DNA from: an uncultured Ruminococcus sp.
GTDB taxonomy: Bacteria > Bacillota > Clostridia > Oscillospirales > CAG-272
Assembly (NCBI GenBank): GCA_964384555.1
Contig: CAYLLA010000002.1
Location: 1,659 to 65,658, forward strand
Direction of reading: 5' to 3'
DNA length: 64,000 nt
The notes under the pieces are model-generated. The model worked only from the letters and a program-made list of their open reading frames with translations. It had not been told where the DNA came from and searched no databases. Made by a program: the position numbers and the translations under genes. Below, in pieces: positions 1 through 10,204 of the stretch. Numbering within the stretch: the first letter of the stretch is position 1; the number at the start of each line of letters is the position of its first letter.

Positions 1-1049
1 AAAAGCTGATATTCAAGATCATGAAGCGCGGCGAAAAGCTTAACGAGGCGGCCGCGGGCGATGCCGAGCTGTGCGACAGCGGACTGAGATACGATCTTAC
101 CGTGCCGCTTTCAAGATACTACGCAAACAATCAAGCCAAGCTTACAACTCCGTTTATGGCTATGCAGATAGGCAATGTTTGGCGCGCCGACCGTCCGCAA
201 AAGGGGCGTTTTCGCCAATTTACGCAGTGTGATATCGATATCCTCGGCGATGCCACACCGCTGGCTGAGATCACACTCATCTCCGCCACAACGGGTGTTT
301 TGCGTGAGTTGGGCTTTGATAACTTCACCGTCCGCATAAACGACCGCCGCCTGCTTAAGGTGTGCGCCGATTATTGCGGCTTTGCGCCGGAGGATTGTGA
401 CCGCGTGTTCATCTCGCTCGATAAGATGGATAAGATCGGTCTTGGCGGGGTCAGAGAGGATCTTATATCCGAGGGCTTTGCGCCCGAGATGGTAGATAAA
501 TATATCGCACTGTATGATGGCGGTGATGTAAGCGTTTCGGACTTCGTGCGTGACCGTCTCGCGGGAAATGGTGCGGATATTGCGGCATCGCTTGAGGGGA
601 TAATGCGCTGTGCCACCGCGGCAACGGCGGGCGGGTGCAGTCTTAAATTCGATCCTACCCTCGTGCGCGGCATGTCCTATTACACCGGCACAATATTTGA
701 GATAAGCATGGATGGCTACGGCTACGCAGTTGGCGGCGGCGGAAGATATGACGAGATGCTGGCCAAGTTCTCCGGAATGAAGACCCCCGCGTGCGGCTTT
801 TCACTTGGTTTTGAGCGCATAGTGGCCGCACTGGCAGACCGCGGCTTTGAGCCGCCGGCGGCAGAACGTCGCGTGGTATTTTTGGCCGCAAAGGGAATGG
901 ACGAGGAGCGCATGCTTGCCATGTTTGCGGATGCGGCGGCTCTGCGTACCGAGGGCGCACAGGTGCTCGTTACCCCGCGCATGAAAAATGTGGGCTTCCA
1001 AAAGACCAAGCTCTCGGAGGACGGATATACCGAGTTCGTTGAATATTGA
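1..1049 (+). CDS. hisS: Histidine--tRNA ligase, 5' end cut by window edge
   Basis: The frame of ORF 21..1049 stays open back to nt 3 (KLIFKI precedes the listed Met). Class II aaRS motifs RYDLTVPLSRY, RADRPQKGRFRQFTQCD and GGGGRYDEM are present, plus a C-terminal anticodon-binding-like domain. A terminator follows. Confidence 0.85.
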   Translation, partial: KLIFKIMKRGEKLNEAAAGDAELCDSGLRYDLTVPLSRYYANNQAKLTTPFMAMQIGNVWRADRPQKGRFRQFTQCDIDILGDATPLAEITLISATTGVLRELGFDNFTVRINDRRLLKVCADYCGFAPEDCDRVFISLDKMDKIGLGGVREDLISEGFAPEMVDKYIALYDGGDVSVSDFVRDRLAGNGADIAASLEGIMRCATAATAGGCSLKFDPTLVRGMSYYTGTIFEISMDGYGYAVGGGGRYDEMLAKFSGMKTPACGFSLGFERIVAALADRGFEPPAAERRVVFLAAKGMDEERMLAMFADAAALRTEGAQVLVTPRMKNVGFQKTKLSEDGYTEFVEY

Positions 1050-1081
1050 TCTATCTATATAATATATATTTTTTCATAAAA

Positions 1082-1117
1082 ACACAGCCGAGTCGCATGA
1101 CTCGGCTGTGTTTTTTT
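1082..1117 (+). terminator. Intrinsic terminator after hisS
   Basis: 13-bp stem acacagccgagtc / gactcggctgtgt, loop gcat, then T7. Confidence 0.85.
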
Positions 1118-1183
1118 AGCGGCGATAGTATGTTGTAACGACAAAAACTTTACTTTTCAGCGTCACCATATTGAACAACCCAT

Positions 1184-1465
1184 CAGGCGCCACGCTCCTG
1201 TTTCCGCATTGAGTGTGCTCCCCATACAGAAAGCACGTTCAGAGTGCGCAGCCTACCTCATCCGTCACGCTTTGCGTGACACCTTCCCCCACTGGGGAAG
1301 GCTGGGCTGGAATCTGAACTTAATTATATAGATATATAGAAAGCAATAATTTAGAGTTGTAATATCTATCGTTGTCTATACGGCTATGCACTATGTTTGT
1401 ACTACCCCAAGCCTCCCTTGTGTAAAGGGAGGTGGCCGAGCGTGTGGGCGAGGTCGGAGGGATTG
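1184..1465. repeat. Structured intergenic repeat, copy A
   Basis: The 58-nt block 1211-1268 matches 53196-53253 at 47/58 positions (gapless hand alignment). The shared 13-mer atatagaaagcaa lies at 1334-1346. Hairpins occur at 1264-1280 (gtcacgc/gcgtgac), 1282-1301 (ccttcccc/ggggaagg) and 1412-1432 (cctccctt/aagggagg). No credible ORF. Confidence 0.6.
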
Positions 1466-1493
1466 TTCGATGACTTTCGTAATATTTTAGATA

Positions 1494-2945
1494 CTACATC
1501 TTAGTAGTGGTATCGCTGAAATTTTTTGATATTGCCGCTGTCTCCATGCGGACCTCGCGGCGGAGGGCGAGCAAGGCGGCAAGGTTTATCATAGTCATCA
1601 CGCCGATGATCATATCCGCTATCGCCCAAGCAGAGGCGGCCGTCATTACCGCGCCGATATACGCGGAGGCGGCATAGATCACATTGAAACACGCAACTGC
1701 GCGGCGGCGAGCGGCCGCGCTAAGGCCAAGCTGTGCTATGCACTCCTGACCGTAAAATGCCCAGCACGCAACGGTCGCGGCGGCAAACAGTAAAACGGCG
1801 GCGGCAAGCGGCAAAACAGCCCACTCGCCAAGCGCCGCGGCGTATGCCGCTATCGTCATCATGGCAGGGTCGTGACTGTAGAGCACAGCCGCATCATAAT
1901 TTGTAAGTACCACCAAAGCCGTCGCGGCGGCAAGCATCAGCGTATCAACCATCACCTCGGCAATGCCCATAAAGCCCTGCCGCACCGCCGAGCTTGTGTC
2001 GGCGGTCGCGTGCGCAAGTGGGGAAGTCCCACTGCCTGCCTCGTTAGATATCAGCCCGCGGCTCACACCCGAGCGCACGGCTCGAGAGGTAAAAAAGCCG
2101 AATATGCCGCCGATGATCCGCGCGGATATGCCGCCGTTGCCCGCAACATCTTCCGTAAAGCTAAAGGCATCTTGCAGGATAAAGGCAAGCACCCGCGGCA
2201 ACTCACCCGCACGCAGGATCAGTGCCGCTATCGATAGAATAAAAAATCCAACGCTAATAAACGGCACTATCGCACCGCAAAGGGAGGAGATGCGCCGTCC
2301 GCCTCCGCGTGCGATAAAAAATACAGCCAAGGCCATCAAAGCACCGAATATCCGCGGGTCTAAACCGGTACTGCCCAAAAGTGCACCCGCCGCGGCGTTG
2401 ACCTGTATCATGCACCCCATTCCAATGGCGTTGAGGATGCAAAGCAGTGCAAACAAGCGCCCTGCCCACCTGCCGCGCCGCGGACGTGCGGGATCTCCAA
2501 ACGCATCCTCTATGTATATCGGCGCACCTCCGTGCCACTCTCCGCCAATGCGCCGGCGGTGCTTTATTCCAAGCAAAGTCTCGGAATATTTCAGCGAGGT
2601 CGCAAGCAGTGCGGAGATCATCATCCAAAACACCGCGCCCGCGCCGCCCGCCCATACAGCGGCGGAAACACCTGCAATGTTGCCCACGCCAAGCGTTCCC
2701 GCAAGTGCCAGCGCCAGTGCGCGGGCAGGGGAGTTGCGCCCGGTGCGCTCGCCGGGCGTTTGGGGCGTGTTGCTTCCTTTGCCATTTGCACGTTCATCGT
2801 GCGCCTGTGATGAGTGCAGCATACGCACACCGCGCCAAAGCCTGCGCGGGTGCCAAAGGCCTGTGTATATCCCAAGGTAAAGCCCGGATGCCGAAAGCGC
2901 CGCGGGCAACAGCGCGCCGAGTATACGACTGAAAAGATCTATCAT
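1494..2945 (-). CDS. Alanine/glycine:cation symporter (AGCS family)
   Basis: Polytopic membrane protein with GTLGVGNIAGVSAAVWAGGAGAVFWMM, typical of AGCS carriers. The Met at 2945 is preferred because GGAG lies 6 nt upstream; the Met at 2963 has no SD. Confidence 0.75.
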   Translation of the reverse strand: MIDLFSRILGALLPAALSASGLYLGIYTGLWHPRRLWRGVRMLHSSQAHDERANGKGSNTPQTPGERTGRNSPARALALALAGTLGVGNIAGVSAAVWAGGAGAVFWMMISALLATSLKYSETLLGIKHRRRIGGEWHGGAPIYIEDAFGDPARPRRGRWAGRLFALLCILNAIGMGCMIQVNAAAGALLGSTGLDPRIFGALMALAVFFIARGGGRRISSLCGAIVPFISVGFFILSIAALILRAGELPRVLAFILQDAFSFTEDVAGNGGISARIIGGIFGFFTSRAVRSGVSRGLISNEAGSGTSPLAHATADTSSAVRQGFMGIAEVMVDTLMLAAATALVVLTNYDAAVLYSHDPAMMTIAAYAAALGEWAVLPLAAAVLLFAAATVACWAFYGQECIAQLGLSAAARRRAVACFNVIYAASAYIGAVMTAASAWAIADMIIGVMTMINLAALLALRREVRMETAAISKNFSDTTTKM

Positions 2946-3073
2946 GTAAGCTCCGTGCGACATTTATTTTCGTTTTATCGCATTATAATATATATTCGGA
3001 CACCGTGTTGGCAATTACAAAATCGTCTGCTAAAAATAAATGTTAAATATGTGTTAATTCACGCTCTAACCCC

Positions 3074-3101
3074 TTGATTTTTTCCAATATCGTGGTACAA
3101 T
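3074..3101 (+). promoter_or_regulatory. SigA-type promoter of groES-groEL
   Basis: TTGATT (3074-3079), 16-nt spacer with TGg, TACAAT (3096-3101). Confidence 0.65.
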
Positions 3102-3113
3102 TATACTTGTAAG

Positions 3114-3140
3114 TTAGCACTCGGGTCAAACGAGTGCCAA
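3114..3140 (+). promoter_or_regulatory. CIRCE operator (HrcA binding site)
   Basis: TTAGCACTC-N9-GAGTGCCAA compared with consensus TTAGCACTC-N9-GAGTGCTAA (one mismatch). It lies between the promoter and groES. Confidence 0.9.
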
Positions 3141-3170
3141 TAGAACGATAAAAGAAATAGCGCAGACTAA

Positions 3171-3485
<315 letters not shown>

Positions 3486-3497
3486 GGACAAAAGTAA

Positions 3498-5156
<1,659 letters not shown>

Positions 5157-5195
5157 TCTAAATAATATCTCGGCCGCTTACCGGTCGTGATACCC

Positions 5196-5235
5196 CCCTG
5201 CCGCCGCAGATGTCTGCGGCGGCAGGGCTCTTTTT
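5196..5235 (+). terminator. Intrinsic terminator after groEL
   Basis: Stem ccctgccgccgcag / ctgcggcggcaggg followed by ctcttttt. Confidence 0.85.
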
Positions 5236-5370
5236 GGGCGAGCGAGCAAGGCGTGTGCGAGGGCGGATAACTTTCTTTTATGTGTCAATTACGGTACTTT
5301 GTTTTTCGTATAAGATGCGTGTTTTTTTGTAAATATCTCATTATTTTTTGTTGTAGATGCAATAAAAATA

Positions 5371-5399
5371 TTGACACGCTTTTTTTATTGTGCTATAAT
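5371..5399 (+). promoter_or_regulatory. Consensus SigA promoter
   Basis: TTGACA (5371-5376), 17-nt spacer ending TGc, TATAAT (5394-5399). Confidence 0.75.
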
Positions 5400-5445
5400 T
5401 AGGTCAACTTAATTGGCCACGGGCCATAAAGAAAGGTGAAAAACA

Positions 5446-6378
5446 ATGAAAAAAGTACTTTCTGTTCTTCTTTGCGCTATGATGCTGGCATCCATGCTCT
5501 GCATGTCGATATCCGCCGCTGATTACGCCACTGCCGCTGACGGCGATGTTCTTTACGAGGTAAAGTTCAACGAGACAGCAGGCTTTGTTCCCGCCACCAT
5601 TTCGGATGTCAAAGGTGGTCACTCTGTTGATGTCTCCGAAGATGGCAAAACGGTAAAACTCTCCTTTAATGACGTTGCAGCCGGAAGATTCTTCTGGGGC
5701 GGCGCTTTTGAGGGCTTTGAGATCGGCGAGGGCAAAACATACACTCTTTCTGGTAAGATCCAAATAGAAGGCACTAATGCCGGTGTCTATTACAACCCGC
5801 CTACAACCGATCCCGAGACCAACTACACCAAAATGTACGGTGTATACGGTGGTCGTGCCGACAAACATGACATGTCTCTTGTTTTCGGCGGCAAAAAGTA
5901 TGTCGGCTCTGTTACCAAGGAAGATGGAACTCTTCTTTGCGATGGCACTAATTATGCATCGTATGACTTCCAGGCCGCTATGGCAGCTAATGCAGATGGT
6001 TTCTGCCAGGTAGATATCGTGGCGGATGGTTGGGACTACTCCGTTTACTTCAACGGCGTTCTCTTTGATAAGCACATCGGTTCTGCTGACGAGTTTATTC
6101 CCGGCACAAACAACACTGTTGGTTTTGGACTGTATCTTTACAACAGGAATTCTGCTGTTACAGCCAAAGATTTCGTTCTCTACAAGGGCGATGTTGTTAA
6201 CAACGCACCCGTTGTTACCGAGCCTGTAACAGAACCCGTAACCGAGCCTGTAACCGAGCCTGTAACAGAGCCCATCGCTCCCTCCACCGGCGATAACGCT
6301 GTTATCATCGTTTTGGCCGTTGCCATGGTCGCTCTGCTCGGCACTGCCGTAACAGTTAAGACTGTTCGCGAGAAATGA
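5446..6378 (+). CDS. Secreted surface protein: lectin/LamG-like domain, (VTEP)5 linker, C-terminal sorting-signal-like tail
   Basis: Signal peptide MKKVLSVLLCAMMLASMLCMSISA. The C-terminus reads APSTGD, then a hydrophobic stretch, then KTVREK. Promoter, RBS (AAAGGTG) and terminator all support the plus strand. Confidence 0.6.
   Translation: MKKVLSVLLCAMMLASMLCMSISAADYATAADGDVLYEVKFNETAGFVPATISDVKGGHSVDVSEDGKTVKLSFNDVAAGRFFWGGAFEGFEIGEGKTYTLSGKIQIEGTNAGVYYNPPTTDPETNYTKMYGVYGGRADKHDMSLVFGGKKYVGSVTKEDGTLLCDGTNYASYDFQAAMAANADGFCQVDIVADGWDYSVYFNGVLFDKHIGSADEFIPGTNNTVGFGLYLYNRNSAVTAKDFVLYKGDVVNNAPVVTEPVTEPVTEPVTEPVTEPIAPSTGDNAVIIVLAVAMVALLGTAVTVKTVREK
6214..6273 (+). repeat. 5 x 12-nt in-frame tandem repeat (VTEP)
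   Basis: gttaccgagcct-like units encoding VTEPVTEPVTEPVTEPVTEP. Confidence 0.9.
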
Positions 6379-6399
6379 TCGAGTGATCATTTAATATAG

Positions 6400-6434
6400 G
6401 AGACTGTCGCTACGGCGACAGTCTCTGTTTTTTT
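6400..6434 (+). terminator. Intrinsic terminator
   Basis: Stem gagactgtcgc / gcgacagtctc, loop tacg, then tgttttttt. Confidence 0.9.
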
Positions 6435-6509
6435 GAGTGTGTCGCAACCGCGGGTTGCGGAATAATCAAAAAAATCGGTTGCGGGCGCCGCAAAAACGAT
6501 CTTTGTTGC

Positions 6510-6538
6510 TTGACATTCTTCGCGCATTGCGGTATAAT
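6510..6538 (+). promoter_or_regulatory. Consensus SigA promoter of the ROK kinase gene
   Basis: TTGACA (6510-6515), 17-nt spacer, TATAAT (6533-6538). It sits inside the 5' end of the listed ORF 6510..7571, so the true start must be downstream. Confidence 0.7.
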
Positions 6539-6614
6539 ATCATCAGAGGCAGTGCGCAGGTGCGCACGCATGCCAAAATCAGCAAACAGCCGCAACCGCG
6601 GCGGGAGGACTAAA

Positions 6615-7571
6615 TTGTATAGGATAGGCATTGACCTTGGCGGAACCAACATCGCCGTAGGACTTGTTGATGAAAATATGAATATCGTTGAAAAGCAGAG
6701 CACACCGACTCTTGCCGAGCGCGATCCGCTTTGCATAGTTGACGATATGGCTGCGCTCTGCCGCAAGGTGGCAGAGGCTCACGGCATTTCAATTGGCGAT
6801 GTGGAGTCGGTAGGCGTAGCCTCCCCCGGTATCGCCAACGATCACAGCGGCCGTATAGAGTACGCAAACAATCTGCCGTTCAGACAGTTCCCGCTTGCAG
6901 CTCTCTTGGCGGAAAGGCTTGGGAATGTCTCGGTGCATCTTGCCAACGATGCCAATGCCGCCGCGTGGGGCGAGGCCGTTGCGGGCGCCGCAAAGGGAAC
7001 GAGCGATTCTGTTATGATCACCCTCGGCACCGGAGTCGGTGGCGGTGTTATTATCGATAACAGGATACTTACAGGCTTTAATAATGCGGGCGGCGAGCTT
7101 GGTCACATCGTTATCGCCGCGGGCGGCAGACCCTGCTCTTGCGGTCGCCGTGGTTGTTGGGAGGCCTACAGCTCCGCCACAGCCATGATAAACATGACCC
7201 GCGAAAAGCTTGAGGAGTGCCAAAAGAGCGGACGGCACACTCTTATCGAGGATATGGTGCGCGAGCGCGGTAAAATTTCCGGCCGCACGGCATGCGATGC
7301 CATGCGCGCGGGTGACGAGGCGGCGGCAGAGGTCTTTCACGAGTATCTCCACTACCTTGCCTGCGGACTTGCCAACATCATAAATATATTCCAGCCTGAG
7401 ATAATCTCGCTGGGCGGCGGCATCTCAAACGAGGGCAATTTCCTGCTTGAGCCGCTGATCCCGCTCGTGCGTGCCGAGCAGTACGGCGGCGGACTGGTCA
7501 GCGTGACCGATATACGCATCGCGCAGCTTGGCAATGATGCCGGCATCGTTGGTGCGGCAATGCTTAAATAA
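6615..7571 (+). CDS. ROK family sugar kinase (glucokinase-like)
   Basis: YRIGIDLGGTNIAVGLVD ATP-binding N-terminus and CSCGRRGCWEAY zinc motif. The start is set to the in-frame TTG at 6615, which lies 6 nt after GGGAGG; the ATG at 6570 has no SD. Confidence 0.8.
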   Translation: MYRIGIDLGGTNIAVGLVDENMNIVEKQSTPTLAERDPLCIVDDMAALCRKVAEAHGISIGDVESVGVASPGIANDHSGRIEYANNLPFRQFPLAALLAERLGNVSVHLANDANAAAWGEAVAGAAKGTSDSVMITLGTGVGGGVIIDNRILTGFNNAGGELGHIVIAAGGRPCSCGRRGCWEAYSSATAMINMTREKLEECQKSGRHTLIEDMVRERGKISGRTACDAMRAGDEAAAEVFHEYLHYLACGLANIINIFQPEIISLGGGISNEGNFLLEPLIPLVRAEQYGGGLVSVTDIRIAQLGNDAGIVGAAMLK

Positions 7572-7689
7572 TTAAAAATGACAGAGCGATGGGTGCGCAC
7601 TTGGGCGGACCTATCGCTCTGTGCGGCTTTGGGGCCGAATGCTTGATATCAATATTCTGCCGCCGCGGGCGGCAAAAACGGAGTTACCC

Positions 7690-9123
7690 ATGAAAAACAC
7701 AAACACAAACAAAAGCACTTATGTATTAACAAATGGAGTGATCCTTGACGGCACTCGAAATATGGAGCCACAGCGAGGCAAGGCGATATTGGTGCGCGAC
7801 GGTAAAATTGCCGAGATCATGCCGAGCGAGCGCGTGCCGAGCGGCGCGGAGAGGGTGGATCTTGGCGGCAAGTATATAATGCCGGGTCTTATCAACATGC
7901 ATGTTCACCTGGCAGGCAGCGGCAAGCCGCAAAAAAAGCAACGCGACAATGCTCGGCTGGTGGATATGATAATGAGCACTGCTCTGACTCGCTCCGTGGC
8001 CTACAAAATGGTTGGCGGCTTTGCGCTGACCGAGCTTGCAAGCGGAGTTACCACCATCCGCACGGTCGGCGGACTTGGTAGTTTTGATTCCCGCCTGCGC
8101 GATGATATTGCCGCAGGGCGCTGCCGCGGACCGCGTATTCTGGCCGCAAATGAGGGCATATCCGTCCCCGGCGGACACATGGCGGGTTCGGTCGCGGTAG
8201 CGGCACACAACAACGATGAGGCACTGGCACAGCTTGAGCGTGCACGCGCCCAGGGCGTTGACCTTGTAAAGCTGATGGTAACGGGCGGCGTTTTGGACGC
8301 CAAGGAAAAGGGGACTCCGGGCGAGTTGAAGATGCCGCGGGAGATGATACGTGCGGTGTGCGATGCGGCGCACAAAATGGGCTACAGTGTGGCGGCGCAT
8401 GTTGAATCAACGGAGGGCGTGCGCGCGGCACTTGAGGGCGGCGTTGACTCTATCGAGCACGGAGCCAAGCCGGATGCCGAGATAATCTCGCTCTTTAAAG
8501 AGCGCGGCGCGTTTTTGTGCACAACGCTCTCTCCGGCGCTTCCTTACGCGCTGTTTGACAGGTCGATCTCAAACGCCTCCGAGGTCGAGCAGTTCAACGG
8601 TAATATGGTATTTGAGGGGATAATCGATTGCGCCCGCGCGGCACTTGAAAATGATATCCCGCTGGTGCTTGGTAACGATGTTGGATGCCCCTGGATCACG
8701 CAATATGATTTTTGGCGCGAGCTTTATTACTTCCATAAATTCGTGGGAGCGGAAAACTCCTTTGCCCTTTATACCGCAACAGCACGCAGTGCCGAGCTTG
8801 CGGGTATTGGGAATATTACCGGCAGTATAGCCCCCGGGCTTGCGGCGGATATGATAGTTACTGCCGCCGACCCGCTGGCCGACCTTCGTGCGCTCCGCCA
8901 TGTTGATATGGTGATAGCACGCGGGGAGATAATGGCCGACCCCAAATTTAAGCGCCGCAAAAATGTTGAGGCGGAGCTTGATAAGTTTCTTTGTTGCTCG
9001 CATCACACAAAATATAACACGACCCGCCCCGCGCAGACCATCGCCTGCGCGGGGCGGGTTTTAGTGTTTGTATCTACGAATTTGCGGCGGCCATCTGGCG
9101 GTGCTTCATTTGGCGCCAACTGA
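7690..9123 (+). CDS. Metal-dependent amidohydrolase family protein
   Basis: PGLINMHVHL (HxH) and downstream His/Asp motifs. The Met at 7690 has GGAG 7 nt upstream. The last 34 codons read through a terminator hairpin (see findings). Confidence 0.7.
   Translation: MKNTNTNKSTYVLTNGVILDGTRNMEPQRGKAILVRDGKIAEIMPSERVPSGAERVDLGGKYIMPGLINMHVHLAGSGKPQKKQRDNARLVDMIMSTALTRSVAYKMVGGFALTELASGVTTIRTVGGLGSFDSRLRDDIAAGRCRGPRILAANEGISVPGGHMAGSVAVAAHNNDEALAQLERARAQGVDLVKLMVTGGVLDAKEKGTPGELKMPREMIRAVCDAAHKMGYSVAAHVESTEGVRAALEGGVDSIEHGAKPDAEIISLFKERGAFLCTTLSPALPYALFDRSISNASEVEQFNGNMVFEGIIDCARAALENDIPLVLGNDVGCPWITQYDFWRELYYFHKFVGAENSFALYTATARSAELAGIGNITGSIAPGLAADMIVTAADPLADLRALRHVDMVIARGEIMADPKFKRRKNVEAELDKFLCCSHHTKYNTTRPAQTIACAGRVLVFVSTNLRRPSGGASFGAN
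9022..9062. terminator. Bidirectional-looking GC-rich hairpin between convergent genes
   Basis: Perfect 15-bp stem acccgccccgcgcag / ctgcgcggggcgggt, 8-nt loop, then ttt on the plus strand. It lies 12 nt downstream of the pnuC stop on the minus strand. Confidence 0.7.
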
Positions 9124-9802
9124 TATATGCGTAGATATCGTTAAACAAAAACGCCGTAAAGCAGACAGTTACCGATATATAGGTGCTGTCCTTGACAGAT
9201 GCAAGTGACCACAGGATGATAAGTATCACATCGTTGGCCGCATAGGCGAGCGAAAACAGCTCACTGCGCCTGAATGTAAGGTACGCGGCAAGAAAGCTCG
9301 TGGTAACGGATATCGTACTCGGCAGCATATTGGCCGTGCCGAGCGCATCCAGGATAAAATAAAAGCCAAGCGTTACCGCCGCGGTAAGAGCGAACATCAG
9401 GGGGATCTCGCGGCGACCGAGGTGACCCACCTTTACCTCCGAGCGGCGACCGTTAAACGGATTTTTAAGCCATGATATAAGCGACAGGACCGCCATTGGG
9501 GCTGTCATGCCGAGGTAGGTGATCATCTCGCCGTAATAGGAAAAGCCAAGGGATATTATGCCGTAAAGCACGCTGAAAAATATCATAAAAAGCTGCCCCA
9601 GCGGGTTGCCCTTGGCGGTAAGCATCAAGGAGCTGACACCGATGAGCGAGGCGGCGAGCGTTATAAAATTGCGGCGGTCGAATATCAAAAAGGATGATAT
9701 TATCAGCAAGCAGGAGACTGAAAACAGTACCGCATCAAATCTCATGCGTGATCTTGGCGACGGTGCGTGGGCGGCGGGGGAGCTTTGTTTGCTTTTTTTC
9801 AT
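9074..9802 (-). CDS. pnuC: PnuC-family nicotinamide riboside transporter
   Basis: Seven or eight TM segments. WLKNPF, FLAAYLTFRR and FLFNDIYAYISW resemble PnuC signatures. The Met at 9802 follows AAAGGAG. Confidence 0.7.
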   Translation of the reverse strand: MKKSKQSSPAAHAPSPRSRMRFDAVLFSVSCLLIISSFLIFDRRNFITLAASLIGVSSLMLTAKGNPLGQLFMIFFSVLYGIISLGFSYYGEMITYLGMTAPMAVLSLISWLKNPFNGRRSEVKVGHLGRREIPLMFALTAAVTLGFYFILDALGTANMLPSTISVTTSFLAAYLTFRRSELFSLAYAANDVILIILWSLASVKDSTYISVTVCFTAFLFNDIYAYISWRQMKHRQMAAANS

Positions 9803-9850
9803 TTTAATTTGATCTCCTTTCGTTTTGGAGCGCCGAGGCACTCCCGGGGC

Positions 9851-9907
9851 AGAAAAAACAGCACCCGCCGCACATCTTCTATGACCTAACGATGTGCGGC
9901 GGATGCT
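9851..9907 (-). terminator. Intrinsic terminator inside the pnuC 5' leader (attenuator or riboswitch expression platform)
   Basis: On the minus strand: agcatccgccgcacatc - 14-nt loop - gatgtgcggcgggtgct (17 bp including one G-U), then gUUUUUU. It lies about 50 nt upstream of the pnuC ATG, and no upstream same-strand gene exists for it to terminate. Confidence 0.7.
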
Positions 9908-10009
9908 TATTGCATCTCTACCCGGTGGCAGATATTATTTTTCTTTTGTGGCATGGCGGCGTTCTTTGCAAAAGATATTGTAAGACCCTCGCCACTGCCG
10001 AACGGAAAG

Positions 10010-10038
10010 ATTATATCATATCCCGCCGCCGCTGTCAA
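10010..10038 (-). promoter_or_regulatory. Consensus SigA promoter of pnuC
   Basis: On the minus strand: TTGACA (10038-10033), 17-nt spacer, TATAAT (10015-10010). Confidence 0.75.
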
Positions 10039-10049
10039 CCCCGCGCGGC

Positions 10050-10078
10050 TTGAATTTTTCATCACCGGGTGATATAAT
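10050..10078 (+). promoter_or_regulatory. SigA promoter of the two-component/VTC operon
   Basis: TTGAAT (10050-10055), 17-nt spacer ending TGa, TATAAT (10073-10078). It is back-to-back with the pnuC promoter. Confidence 0.65.
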
Positions 10079-10204
10079 TTTATTGAACCGATCCTGCAGT
10101 GACCCGTGCGAGCACTTTTTTAGCTGGATTTAAGGTTCGTGGTGTATTATTTATCCTGACGATACTCGTCGGCTTTGGGATCGATCGGGTGAGGAGGAAA
10201 GACT

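Noticed and set aside
5404-6390. 328-aa ORF antisense to the surface-protein gene 5446..6378
   Set aside because: The consensus promoter, RBS, signal peptide, in-frame VTEP repeat and terminator all support the plus-strand gene. The minus ORF has none of these.
6510-6614. Upstream extension of the ROK kinase ORF (listed start 6510)
   Set aside because: The TTG at 6510 is the -35 hexamer of a perfect consensus promoter, so it cannot be translated from that transcript. GGGAGG precedes the in-frame TTG at 6615.
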